DNA of 64,000 nucleotides from Nageia nagi (Eukaryota > Plantae > Pinophyta). The translations under genes were made by a program, and so were the position numbers. The notes beneath the pieces are model-generated. The model saw only the letters and a list, made by a program, of their open reading frames with translations, searched no databases and had not been told where the DNA came from. Positions 25,052 to 38,310 of this stretch are shown one piece after another. How positions within the stretch are numbered: the first letter of the stretch is position 1; each line of letters begins with the position of its first letter. The stretch is taken from the NCBI GenBank assembly GCA_050084985.1, contig JBITNC010000001.1:207762001-207826000 (forward strand). Reading direction: 5' to 3'.

Positions 25052-26459
25052 AAATTAGCTAGATTTTGTTTGACTATTCAAGTTTTGTATTTGATGTTAC
25101 GATGCATGCTTGTGGTGTGCTATAAGTCCATCCGTTGTAAAAAGAAGAGGCCAAACAACACGGTTGAGGATTTCATGTTCTAGAGCCGGGGTGACTACTT
25201 TCTAGCTTGCAGATTGTGCCTGTTAGGAATACAAATCTTCATTGATATGTGTTACAAATGTTGATTATTTTTTTACATATTTCTGGGACAGTTTCTGGAA
25301 ATTCAACTTAGTTTTATGTCTATTGTTCTGTGAACTTATGAGTGATGTTTATTTGAGTAGACTAGTATATCTATATTACAATTGTACATTTGTGAGTGTC
25401 ATTTAGCGATTGAAAAATGGCAGCAGAGATGGAATATGCACTAGCACATAATCTCAAGGGATTAGTTTGAATAGATTGGGATGATTTTCTTAGTCAAAAC
25501 TTTCCTCGAAGCTGTAACCTGTTTCCTTGGATATGGATTCCTTTTTCAACCAATTGAAAAATGTTATAATAAGGTGCTGTCATTCAGTTGGCATTCAAGA
25601 CAAACCGTCTTTGTTGACAAGTTAAACTTCACAATAAATTTATTTTCAATTACGTTCAACCAGTAGTTAAATTAAAAAGGCTAAGTTTCTACAAAAAGTA
25701 TTGGTTCACTATAGGTAGTAGTCGTGCTAAGGACTATTGTTAGTATAATTAGCATTGAATAATGATATTTTTAGATGATTGCATATTATAGTTGCAGTTC
25801 TTGATGTATATTATTATCGCCTTTCAAGTTGTTCGTGTAGGCCAATCAAATTTTCAAGTTCTTGCCATGCTCTATAGGGGAAAGTACATAGGTGTTCACT
25901 TATCAATAAAACTCTAATCATCTTCTTGATGGTCATATAAACTTAGTCTTGACTGAAATGTTTCTCTATCTTTTGCATGCGTGTTATTTGATACATGTAC
26001 AAATTTGTTTGTCCTCGAATTGTTGAGTGCGAAAACACCCCAGTTTTGGTTGATGGTTTTTTTTGATACAGAATGCCTTTTTCTTCTTTTGTCTCACATG
26101 ATTTTTGACAAGCACGGACATCTTCATCACATTACTTGTGGGTGCGTATGCTTTGTTTGCTTCATTCTTGCAAAAATGACCTTTTTCATCATTTTCACAC
26201 TTTTTTGTGCTATGATTAAACAATGCAAAAACTATTTTTTGCCTCCTTTTCGTTTTGCTTGATTTCATACGAACACAATGTGCTTGTCCTTGATTGTGTG
26301 AATGTGAACCACTTTGTGTCTCAATTTGAAGATGTGAAAAATGACTTTCAAATTTTCTCCAAACGTGAAGGTACAAATACAAAACAAACAATAAAACAAA
26401 AATTCTCCATTCTTTTGCCCTCATTAGACTCTTGGGGTATGAAGGAATAAGAGCCCCTT

Positions 26460-26870
26460 CTCATAGGCTTACTAGGTTCGGGAGGGGATTTTACCCAATT
26501 GAGCAAACTCCAGTTTTGAAATGCATGAATCTTTAGTAGGTTCTTTTCCTTTTCATTTAACCATATACTCTTTATTCTTCCTATTTCTAGTTTTCGTGTC
26601 TATTCTTGCATGGAGTACCTTTTTAATCTATTGTGATTTTCTTTTTTGTAATTGCGAAGCCCATTCCTCCATAGGTAAATCAGAACGGATTTCTTCATGT
26701 TTGTTCCCAATGGCATCATGATGAAAAAACAAGTTTGACACATTAAAGATAGATGATATGCCTATCCCTTTTGGAAGTTCTCTCATAGGCATTGTTACTG
26801 AATTTCTCAAGATTTTATAAGGTCCTATTTTCTTCCATTTAAACTTTTACAAGTACTTGATAACATTAAT
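26460..26870 (-). mobile_element. Chromovirus integrase C-terminus remnant (GPY/F motif + chromodomain)
   Basis: Minus translation: KWKKIGPYKIL..SNNAYE.ELPKGIGISSIFNVSNLF, then IKKVLHARIDTKTRNRKNKEYMVK*KGKEPTKDSCI (chromodomain YxVKWKG pattern). Confidence 0.8.
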
Positions 26871-27129
26871 TTCAACTTGTTGTAAGTACTTGTTTGAAGA
26901 GAAATCAAGAAGAATTTCTTAATAATAATAAACGTACTTAACAACTAAAGTAAAACAAACATACATCATACCTAATATCAATAAAAGACCTCTAACAAAT
27001 AATTGTACTTGTAAAATCCCTTTGTTTCAGAGTAAACCAAAGACTTGATGAAACAAAAAAAATAACTAGTGCAACTAGTAGCACATTTCTTTCTAACAAT
27101 GTTGGCTTTAAATATTCTTCGAGAAAAGT

Positions 27130-27850
27130 TGAGACAAACAAACCCTTCAAATTGGAACTAGAATAAGCCAAATGATTTTTTGTAATAATAGTAGGCCTAG
27201 ATGAAACAAATTAAGAAGATACACTAGAAGTCGTCAAGATAAAACTCCAGTCAATTCTAAAAATCAATACTAAAGAGATTTGATAAACTTAAAGAGTAGG
27301 AAAAAAAATCAAAAACATGAAGAGATTAGGTTGTCTTAAGGTGCTCTCTACCTATCGACAAAATCTCCCTAGTAAATCTTCCAAATTAAAACGAACATTT
27401 TTTTTTTATCAATGAAGATCTTATCTACGGGGATCAAGCCAAGTTGCATAAAGTAATACAAAAAATGAAAGAAGCAAAAAGGGATGAAAAAATAACATTC
27501 ATTAGAAATTGAATAGTTGTGATCTTGGATAATAAACAAGAATAGCAAATAAAGTTGAGGGTACTGCTTTGTCATAGCCAAGGCCCTACATGGAGAAAAG
27601 ATCCTCAACTAAGTTGGATTCCACAAAATATATATTTAATTTTTCTCATTGAAACTTGGGAACATGATGATGCCACTGACTTTGTAATATGGATGAATTC
27701 AAATCATTCTCATTTTGGAACAAAAGGCACAAAGGTAAGGGTTCTAGAGGAATTGCTTGTTATTACAAATTTTACGTGGCCAATTGCTTAATCAAGAGTG
27801 ATCCAAATGACCATTTTATGTGGTTAGAATTAATTAATTAATTAACTTTT
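27130..27850 (+). mobile_element. LINE remnant: ORF1 C-terminus + start of ORF2 AP endonuclease
   Basis: KLKRTFFF/INEDLIYGDQAKLHKVIQKMKEAKRDEK*.FIRN (27375-27530), followed directly by LRVLLCHSQGPTWRK..LIFLIETWEH..WNKRHKGKGSRGIACYYK..SDPNDHFMWLEL (APE domains I-III). Confidence 0.7.
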
Positions 27851-28499
27851 TTTTTTGTTATAAGTTTTTAAATGTCCTTTCTAACCTAATGGTTTGTAGG
27901 ACTCATCAAAGTGTAGTTGGGGAATAATGAATTGTAGTTAAATAATCATTATTTCACTACGAAATACCAATTGTGGTATTATGAAGACAATAGCAAGAAT
28001 GTAAGTAGTTATTGAAATTGGATCATATATCTTCTTAGTTGGATTTGATGTATTTTGCTTATTACAAAGTCATTTTGTGGATTTGGATCTTCAAGGAAAA
28101 AAGCAGTTGATGTGCACGCCTTAAAGACAATCCTTGCACATTGTGGATGTTGTTTGACTTGATAGAAATGCAGACAAACTCAAATGATATAGCGTTAGGA
28201 TGAAGAGTAGATAACAAATCCTCAGATAGGTGGTATCAAGAGACACCATTGTTATTCAAAGTGTGGATTAACAATGAGCTAACCTATTTGATATCCAATT
28301 ATCTGATCCGAATATAATCTAATAGTGAATGCTTTGCTTTGGTTCTTTTGTAACTAGATGTCTTGGATACTTGTGTTTCTTGAGATCTACATGAATTACA
28401 TAACTTGCGATGCTTTTCTTGATATTGACACCAATTACATTTTATATGATACCTTCATTGACATTTTTAAACATTTTATTATATATTTCCTTATTACCT

Positions 28500-31400
28500 A
28501 AATATAATTTTATATTAAATAGAAATCACATGTAGGTGGCTACATTTTGCCTCTCCTTGGAGTTTTAATGGAATGAAATGAAATTGCATATCCAAAGAAG
28601 TAGATAAATTTTTTTTTTTTTGAGAAAGTGAACTTTTTGGTGGCCTGGACCTTTTGGTGAAGCTCCTTCTTTGCTCTCTTTTTGGCTTGGCTGCCCCTAG
28701 GGAATCCATGGCATGGGTAATCAAGACAAAAAAATTGAGAAATTGGCATCTTTGTTGCATTTGTGCTGGCAAAAATGGATAGTGGTGACTCCTTGGGATG
28801 ATGATAGGGTGTTCATTGATTTTGGACACCTCTAGGATCTCTTCAATTCCGAATAAGATTGTTGGTATTTTTTGGATTAGATTAGAGGAGTGAAGGGAGC
28901 CAACGCTATGGTTGGAATGCTTGGCTGACGTGAACACCATTAGCTCACTTGATTTGATTTTTTTTCATGTAGTATTTTCCAAGAATTTGGTTTTCAAGTA
29001 CTATTTGCTCATTTACCCCAATAAGCTGATTTTTACAAATAGGAGATTTTTTTTTTGACCAAGCTTGCCAAGATTTTGGTTTTCTAGCAACACTTGCCTG
29101 TTTGCCCCAAAAAGCTAATTTTCACAAAAAAAAAAGATTTTTTTTTTTGAAATTTCTTCAAGAAGGGCATCAATGCTGTGTCAATAGAAAAGAAGGGTGT
29201 CGATGTCGTACAAAACACATAAATCAAAATTAAAATGAAAACAAAAATAACTATACATGTACCTCAGTAAGATGCATCATTGTGGAATTGGGTACAAAGT
29301 TTTCTAGGCATAGAAACATTTGAGGTGCCTGAAATTGAAGGTTTTTGGTTTTTCTTTGCCATCCATGGTGTAGAGTCTATAAGCTCATGATCTTGTCTTG
29401 TCAACAACATATGAACCTAGCTAATTGAGCTTAAATTTGCCTTTTACTTCATCATTACCTATTTTCATATTGATATTCTCTTTCAGTACCAAATCTCTTA
29501 CTTTAAAGCTTTTTGGCTTCATTTTTTTCTCATATGCTCTTTTGAGTTTTGCATGATACACTTTTTTGACACTCTATTGCATGGATCCTATTTTCATCTA
29601 AGGCCTCCAACTATTGTAGTCTTGCTTTCCTTGTTTCTTCATAGGGAATTTCTCCATGTAGCGGTTCTAAGTGATGAAATTTTCGATTCAAGTGGTACAA
29701 CAACCTCATCAACATAGACCAAAGAGAATGGTGTTTCTCATATAGCTGTTGTAATGCTAGTCTTGTATTCCCAAAGTGTATCTGGAAATTGTTCATGCTA
29801 TTCTCTCTTATATCTATTCCATGTTTTAGAGAGAATGCTCTTGATGGTCTTGTTAGAGGCTTCAACTTGTGGGTAATAAACATAAGAAAACTTTTTGCAA
29901 AAAGATTTCATTTCCTTAGCTTTGAAATTGGGACCATTATCCATTATCAATTGTTGTGGCATATCAAATCTTGTGATGATGTTTTTTGTAAGAAACTTGA
30001 TGATCTTATCTTGAGTAGGAGAATTCATTGGAATGGCCTCTTCCCATTTAGTGATGAATTTTATGGTTGCAATGACAAACTTATGTCCCTCTTCTTATTT
30101 TGGATTGATCATTCTAATTAAGTCAACGCCCCAAATTGCATATGACCATTGTGCAACAATTAGATTAAGCTCTTCGGATGGCATCCTCTTAAGATTGGAT
30201 TATTTTTGGCATTCCAAACATTTCTTAATATGGTCTTTGCAATCTTCTTCCATTGATGACCAATAATACCTAATTTGTAGGATCTTTGTGTATAATGCTT
30301 TGGCAAAGAAATGCCCCTCCACACAACCCTTCATGTGCTTGTTCAAGAGATGATTCTGTTTCATGATGTGAGACATCTCAAAGAGTTCCATCAAATGATC
30401 TTCTATATAAAACATCACCAATGATCACATATTTGAGAGTTGTCCTTTTTAACCCGATTCTTTCATTTTTATCAAAATATTAAGGAATGGATTGATCCTT
30501 CAAATAATGATAAATGTCTCCATACCTTACTAAGATGTTATACAATATGTCTCTTAAAAATAATCAACCAGGCTACAATTGATATAAGAAGGTGTACCTA
30601 GCTTTTTGATTGTAAGAATTGTCTTGTCAACTTCTATTTCAATAGAGGCTAGAGATGTTGCACTTGCAATGGCATTTGCATATATTTTGTTAGTTATTGG
30701 AATGTTCTCAATTGTGTATTCCTCAACGTGGCTAAGGAGATGGCTAACCACTTACTTGTATAGATGCAATTTTTCACTTTTGTATTATATATGTCATTGA
30801 CTTGGTGAATGACAAGTTGAGAATCACCATAAATCTTTAGATGCTTGATCTTGAGTATCACAACAACTTTTAAACTCAAAATCAATGCTTCATATTCTAC
30901 CATGTTATTAGTGCATTTGAAATCAAGTTTGTAAGCCATTGGAGGTACATAATTAGAAGGTGAAACAAGTATGATACCTGCCCATGCTCCATATGTGCAT
31001 TTAGATCCATCAAAATATAGTGCCCATTCTTCTAGTTGATCATCTATGAAGCATACATACTCGTCAGAAATCTCCCATTGATCATCAAAACAAAGTGAAT
31101 GCCCTTTAGAATGACGTGTGCATAGTTGGGGTGGATGATATTGCGCATAATCATTTGGGAATTCTTTGTAGATTACTGGATTATTATCCCATCATTCCAT
31201 GGGAACTCAGCCATCAAATCTATAATTGTCTATCCCTTAACAAACTTTTGTTTCACAACATTTATATCAAACTCTTGTAACAAAATCATTCATTTTGTAA
31301 CTCTTTTTGAGAGGTGTTGTTTGGCCATGAGGTATTTCAAGGGATTGATAGAACACATAATATATGTAGTACAATATAGAAGGTAATACCTTAGGTTATC

Positions 31401-32345
31401 AATAGTAAAAATAATTCCAAGATAATTTATCCATGGCACTTTACATAGTTTCTTATTCCAAAAGACTCTTGTTGAGTTAATATATGACTCTTTCCTTGAG
31501 ATCATCATCTTGCTAACATAACGTTGCCCCCAAGGCATACATTATGGCTGAAATATAGAGATAAACATGCTTTTCAAATTCCATAGGGACTAAGATAAGA
31601 GGATTAAACAAATACCGCTTGCTATCTTCAAAAACTTTTTTACATTTATCATCCTATACAAATTTCACATTCTTTTTGAGAAAATGAGTGAAAGGAGCAC
31701 ACTTATAACCTACGTGAAAAAAAATCTTCTAACAAAAATGATTTTACCTTGGAGACTCCCTAGTTGCTTGGGGGTTTTAGGAGGTGGCATGCTAATGATG
31801 GCCTTTACCTTTTTTGGATCAACTTTTATTCCTCTTTTTGAAACCATGAAGCCTAATAACTTTCCTAAAGTGACACCAAAATTACACTTTTATGGGTTCA
31901 ATATGAGATTATATTTATCAAGGATGTCAAATACCTCTTCCAATTGGTATAAATGATACTTTTCCTACTTTGATTTTGCCAATATGTCATCAACATATAC
32001 TCCTACTAATTTATGGATGTGGTCATGGAACATGGGCACCATGGCATGTTGGTAAGTATATCTTGCATTTTTTGAGACCAAAGGGCATTACTTTCCAACA
32101 AAAACTACCCCATAGAGTGGTGAAGGTTGTCTTATGTTGATCAACTATATTGATCAAGATTGGATTGTAACTAGAGAACCCATTCATACAAGATAATATT
32201 TCATGACCAACTATAATGCTGACAATCATATCAATATTAGGCAAAGGGAAATCAAAATTTGGAAAAACATTGTTAATATCTCTGAAATCAATCCAAATTC
32301 TTATCTCTCCATTTGGTTTTATGATATGAACTATGTTAGAAACAC
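28500..32345 (-). mobile_element. Degenerate Ogre/Tat-like Ty3/gypsy pol (RT-RH-aRH-INT) plus 3' non-coding region
   Basis: RT (PLPNIDMIV..GFSSYN..QHKTTFTTLWG..VMPFGLK, YVDDIL), RH, second RNase H (YFDGSK..LDFKCTNNMVEYEALIL..IYGDSQLVI; 30550-31030), integrase (GHFFAKAL..YYWSSMEEDCKDHIKKC..; MDNGPNF; GKFKLN*LGSY..AYRL) down to ~29305; many stops. Confidence 0.88.
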
Positions 32346-33329
32346 CTTGAGATCAAAATCTTAAGGTACAACGAGATCCTTTTGATAACTATTTACATGA
32401 TGCTAGACAATGTCTAACATAATTAAAAATTCCTCCATATTAACCTCATACTCATAGTCTTCCCCCATACGGAAGACATCTAAAGGAAGATGAAAAACAA
32501 ATGACAAATGAAACACCTAAAAATGAAGAAAGGATAGTGCCTCCTTCAAGAGCACAATCAACTGATACAATAATGCAAAGAGGTCCTTTAAGGCCTAAGT
32601 ATAATCATGTTATATGATACTTGTTAGATGGATGCTTGGTTCAATTATATTTAAGAAGAGAGGATAATTCACCTTCTACAATATCAAGGCAAATGGAGGA
32701 GTTCGATGATCAAATATCTATAGATAAAATAAATCCTATATATGCAATAAGAAATGCCTTTAAGGTGTATGAAAATCCTATTCATATCTTGAAATCAAGC
32801 ACACCATCTCCTTTGATAAAGCTTAGACAAGATAATTAAGGACATCCAACTCAACAAAATTTACGAAAGTTTAAGTTGCAAGATATACCTCCTTATCTTC
32901 ATAAGCAAGAACATGCACCTTAAAGAAAAGTACATCAAAAAAGAAATGTTCAACAATAGTAACAAATATTACCTCAATATGATCAACAAAAGAGGCATCC
33001 AAGTAAATTTACTAAGCAACATCAAGTTCAAACTTAACCTGTGATAAATATATATCAAAGTAGAACTATTTCAAATAGGCAAAATATTCAAACTCAAGGT
33101 CAAGCTAATTTTGATCAAGGTTTGAATATAGCTAATAAGTCACAACCTAAGGAATGATCGTTATCTCCTCAAGGTCATGGGGTATACAAATATCAAGATC
33201 CTTACTTTACTAAGAAAAAGAAAATTTCACTAAGAAATAAGAAAAATGAACTTCAAAGGTGTCATTTGCCTCCACCCCAAGATAGAGGACAAGCATATCA
33301 AGATCCTTGGCCATCATTGCCTCCTAGAC

Positions 33330-33973
33330 TGTAGACACCTAAAAATGAATTATTATTTATTAAATAATTCATTTTAGAGCCTCAATGATGTATTATATAA
33401 AAATGGGTTAAATAATACCCAAGGTTATGTCAAAGTTATATAATTTATGTAATGGACCCTTGTGGCATGTACAAGGGGTAAAAAAGATCTAAGTCATGTA
33501 AATATGTTGTCATATATAAAGGCATCAGATATGACCTAAAAGGAGAAGGATCATCTTTGGAGGAGGTCACGAGCAAATGAATGTGAGGACTCTATAGAGA
33601 CTCTAGCATATGTTACATCACTTTGTTATGCACAAATATTATTTATAAGTTATATCTTATGCTTATGCATGTTATCTAATGATTTTTTTGTTTGCTCGTT
33701 GCTATATTTTTGATTGCATATGTTATTTTACTTCTTACATGCTGTTAGTGATGTGCCTCATTTAGGTCGCCAGCGGCATGCAATTGTATGAATGCATGTT
33801 TATTTTTAATGTATGATATCGTTAATTCATTGAACATGTAATTGGGATAAAACGAACATGCATGCCTTTTAATCATCATTGCCATATTCTGAATATGTTA
33901 ATAAAACTAATTAGTCCTAATAGTGCATTAATTAACCTCCATTAATAACTATATGTATTATTTTGGGTTTACA
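33330..33973 (+). repeat. 5' LTR
   Basis: tgtagacacctaaaaatgaatt..ttttgggtttaca; TATA (catatataaagg) ~33512; direct repeat of 38885-39529. Confidence 0.93.
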
Positions 33974-33976
33974 TAT

Positions 33977-33992
33977 TGGTGAACCCCAATGT
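33977..33992 (+). promoter_or_regulatory. Primer-binding site complementary to tRNA-Trp 3' end
   Basis: tggtgaaccccaatgt vs TGGTGAACCCGACGTG (complement of the plant tRNA-Trp 3' end as I recall it). Differences are two CpG-type transitions and one extra C. Lies 3 nt after the LTR. Confidence 0.7.
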
Positions 33993-34582
33993 ATCCTACA
34001 AACCCTAGAATTTTGCATTTTAGGGTATCATTTTTTCTGAGAAGTATTGCATTAGAGACCCTTGGTTTTATTTTCCTTTTTGGTTAAATTTTCTTCAATT
34101 TGAAAACTTTTATTGCTTCAAATAAAATTATTTTTTTGAAAAATCTCACTCTAAAAAACCCTAGTTTTTGAAGGTCATTTTCTTCAATTTGGTGAGATCT
34201 AGCATTAGAAAACTTTGTCCAAACTATAGATAAATATAATTGGAAAGTTTTTCTAATTTTTCTAGTCTAAATTTGCATATTTCAAGTGATGTTGAAAATA
34301 TTTTTGTAGAAAATGTCACCTTGAAAAATCATACATTTTGAAAGCATTTTGCAACTATTTGGTGATTTGTTTTATGCTAAAAACTTGCCAAACCCATAGG
34401 TCATCATAGTAGGAGATTAATTTGAACCCTTTGCATGTATTTTTAAAAAGATTTCTAAAGGTTTTCATATAAATATATTTTTTTCCATCTTGCATTCTCT
34501 AATGGATAGGGCATTTAAAACTAGTTTGTTTCAATGTTTGAATGTGATAAGTGATTTATTTGCACCTCTTCCTAAATAAGAA

Positions 34583-35786
34583 ATGGATAAAAAAATAGAT
34601 GTTATGCATAATAGAAAATCTTTTGATGAATTAAGTTTATCAAATTCATGCTTGACTGCTGCAAATGATGATATGCCAAGTATTGTAGAAAATCGAATGC
34701 ATGATAATGTTATTTTTGATGATTATATGGCTCAATTTGATTGTGATGCACATTTAAATTTGGATGCTATGGACATGTTTGAAATGAATGATATTGCATT
34801 TGGAAAATCTACACTTCAAGATCAATTTCAAAAAATTAAAGCATATATGTTAGTCGATCCCTCTTTAATGTTTAGAATTTATAATGACCTTGAATTGAAA
34901 GCAAAATATCATGCATTTCTAATGAAAGAATTAGATAAATTGTTAGAAGATCCATATGCTAGGCAATATTGTATGCAAAAGTTTGAGAAGGAAATTATAA
35001 AAAAGCAACAAAATCAAATATCTTTTCAACCACTACCAAAACCAAAACAATGTTGGCAAAGAGTAACTTCTCAAGAAACATTGAAAACATAGGATTCTCA
35101 TATTGTAGAAAAATTCAATAGGATAGCCACAATTATTCTCCACCACCCAATCAAGAAGCCCCCAAATTTAAGATACTTAGTGGACATCAACCAAGGGTAA
35201 TTATAAGGGATTTAATGAAAATAGGTTTATTGATACCGTTAGAAAGAAGCACACAAGATAATGATACTCTAATGGGACATGAAGATGCTTATTGCACTTA
35301 TCATCAACGAAAGGGTCATGCTATAGATTCTTGTAATGATTTGAAACTTATAATTTTAGAAATGATTGCACAAGGTAAATATCAGCTCCCTCAACATGCT
35401 TCAAATTTAGAGATTGCAAACCGAATTGTGAAATTTTGAGATAATTATGATGAGGAAGCACGTCATCAGCGACATGCCATACTACATGAAGGCCGCTAAC
35501 GGTGTGAAAATAGTAATGAAAATAATGGTTCTTGTTCTATACATCTAGCTAATAAAGAAAACATAAGAAAATTTTTAGTTCAATTGGATTCTGTTGAGCT
35601 TCAGTTACAACAACACAACACAATACATTACCTCTAGAGGTACAAATTGAATTTATTGATCTTCTTGAGAGAGTACTAGCCCAAGTTATAGAAAATGCAG
35701 AGGATAATCTAAGCAAAGAAAATCTATTTTTCTTAGCAAAATATGCTAAATTGATGGGGGTTCCACCACCTCATAATCTACTATAG
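34583..35786 (+). pseudogene. Disrupted ~400-codon ORF with a Gag-type zinc knuckle but no recognisable capsid domain
   Basis: Track ORFs 34583-35092 and 35215-35439 (YCTYHQRKGHAIDSCNDLK, C-x2-H-x4-H-x4-C) are collinear and continue across stops and frameshifts to ..AKLMGVPPPHNLL* at 35786. Confidence 0.6.
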
Positions 35787-36728
35787 TTTCTAAATTTTGC
35801 ATATCATATAGGGTGCATTTCATGTAGGTTGCATATCATGGGTCTAGTCATTGCATCCCATATTAGTTGCATTTCATAACAAAAAAACATACATAGAAAA
35901 TCAGGAAAAAGTAGATATAGCTTTAGCTGGGGCAATTTCAATTTCACCTGGGGGTATGATGGAAATCATATAATGAAAATTAAAAGGTCAAAATTCATAA
36001 TTTAGAAGCAAAAAATTGCCCATGCATGGGGCATAAAGGTAAGGTATTTAATCTCACATGTTTTGCTATTATTTATGCTCTTCATTGTAAAATTGTCATT
36101 GATGAATTAAGACCATTATATTTTCTTTGACTATCTTGTATGAAAAGTTAACATTGCATATGCTATTCTTATGATTTCTATTTCAAACAAAATGCATGTT
36201 TTACTAATGAAATTTAATGCCATTGTATCTTTAAAAATCTGATATAATATAACATTATGGCATTGTCTATAAAATGTTGCATTGTATTGAGTATTTGAAT
36301 TATTATTTTCAATGCCAATTGAATGGATTCTTCCTCTTGAATGATATCATCATTGTATAGAAAAATTGAATATATGATCACATATTGCTAGTTCATGCTT
36401 TATCTTGAAAATTTTATGGCAATTGGCAATGTTATTTTATTTAAAAGCAATGCAAAGTGATACGGATGATTGTCTTTCAAATTTTCACACTTGATATGGA
36501 AAATCTCATGTTGTTAGGGATGTACAATTGCTACAAATAATTTTGTAAATGGGGCATATTGAAATTTTATTGAATGTCTGCTTATTTCTATGATTCTTTC
36601 ATGCATATATAATATTTTATTGATAAGGATCAAAATTGTTAAAAATAAGATTGTAAAATTTTAGATGTACCACACCGCCAATGGCATGGATTTATATTAA
36701 AAATTCATGCAAATTGATATATTGAAAT

Positions 36729-37401
36729 TGTAGTCCCTAAATAATGAGATAGTGTAATTAATTTGAGGAATTAACACATGCACTATTTGGTCTATTAATT
36801 AGTTGAGATAAAGCAGGAATATGACAACAAGTGATTAAGCATACAGGTTCATTCTGTTAACATTCATATTTAGTTAATCAAGGAAAGGCACAAGAAATAT
36901 CATAAACACTAGTATGGAATTGATGCCTTGATAATAGTATGCCATCAACATCATGTTAATGATCAAATTAAAGATGCAATGAAAGATGAAATGATAAATG
37001 AACAAATGATTTATCAATATAACAAAAGTATGATAATATTTTGAGATAAGAGATTTGATTGTTACTAATAAAAATACTTTGAAAAGATTTGCTTTATGAA
37101 TGATGTCCAAATCCTTGATTCTCTATTCGATCTTCAATTGATAGAAGCCTTGGGTCTTCTATAATCTACACCTTGTCTAGTTTTCTCTTGATGATAATCC
37201 CATCCTCTATCTTTGTATGTCTTTAATGCCTTTATATAGGTATGCTTCTACTATAGGATTTGACCCCTTGTATAATCCATAAGGTTCAAATATATGGCCT
37301 ACACCTCTTTTATACATTTTAAATCTTTTTTTAAATAATATATTATTAAGGGATTAAAATGATTTATTAAATACATAAAGGTTCATTTTGAGGCATCTAC
37401 A
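36729..37401 (-). mobile_element. Solo LTR of a related family, inverted
   Basis: The reverse complement reads tgtagatgcctcaaaatgaacc..cattatttagggactaca and aligns loosely with the 33330 LTR (tacaaggggt, tatataaaggcat). Flanks gaaat/aaaat (TSD with one mismatch). Confidence 0.8.
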
Positions 37402-37779
37402 AAAATGAAACGTTAATGATTAATTGAATATATGCTACATTGATGATTTATTAGTATATTGATAATTATTCCAAAGCCATGGTCTCCCATGAGCAAATAT
37501 TGCATTGATTGTAGGACATCACTAGTGTGAGACATTCAAACATCATCCATAGGCTATGAGTTTCCTATCATAGTAGTCTATGTTTCGTACTCTATATCAC
37601 TATGGTTGGCATTGACCATAGTAAAAACATTTAAATATTATATTAATTTCATCCTTACTATTCTTTCATGGATGTGATCTATGTGGGTTTATGTTGTTTT
37701 ATTTTGTAGGTATTATCTAGGTGGGTATGGTTGGCATTGATCACTCACCTTTCACAAGGATAACATAATATCTATAGGT

Positions 37780-38310
37780 CATAGACATAAAACATATGAA
37801 TACCAATAACTAATGACATAGCTAGTGAGAGTTCACTCAATTAAAAGTAAACTGACAATGCAACAATGAACAAGATGTTGATATTGGATCATCTCTAATG
37901 GAGGATGCAACTTGCTATGTATCCATGTGGTTTTTACTTTAAATCCATACAAAACATAATATCTTCGCATCATAGATATAAAACATATGACAGTTAATGG
38001 CCAATGACATGGCTAGTTAGAGTTCACTCACTTAAAAGTAAATCAACAATGCAACCATGAGCAAGATGTTAACATTAGATCATCTCTAATGGATGATGCA
38101 ACTTGCTATGTATTCACATGATTTTTGCTTTGAACCTATCCAAACTATAATGTATTCAGATTATAGACATAAAATATATGATCATCAATGGCCATCGATA
38201 CAACTAGTGAGAGTTCACTCACTTAAAAAATAAACTGACAATGAAATTGTAAGTAGATTGCTAACATTAACTTATCATCAATGGATGATGCAACTCACTA
38301 TGCATCCACA
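37780..38310. repeat. Tandem repeat, 191-bp unit, ~2.8 copies
   Basis: (c/t)atagacataaaacatatga..gagttcactca..atggatgatgcaact restarts at 37780, 37971 and 38162. Confidence 0.88.

Noticed and set aside
25984-26424. 146-aa minus-strand ORF
   Set aside because: Low-complexity K-rich translation in TE-derived sequence next to the chromodomain fragment; no recognisable motif.
30550-31030. Archaeal/bacterial-type RNase H as horizontal transfer
   Set aside because: It lies between RH and INT in pol, the known additional RNase H of Tat/Ogre retrotransposons.
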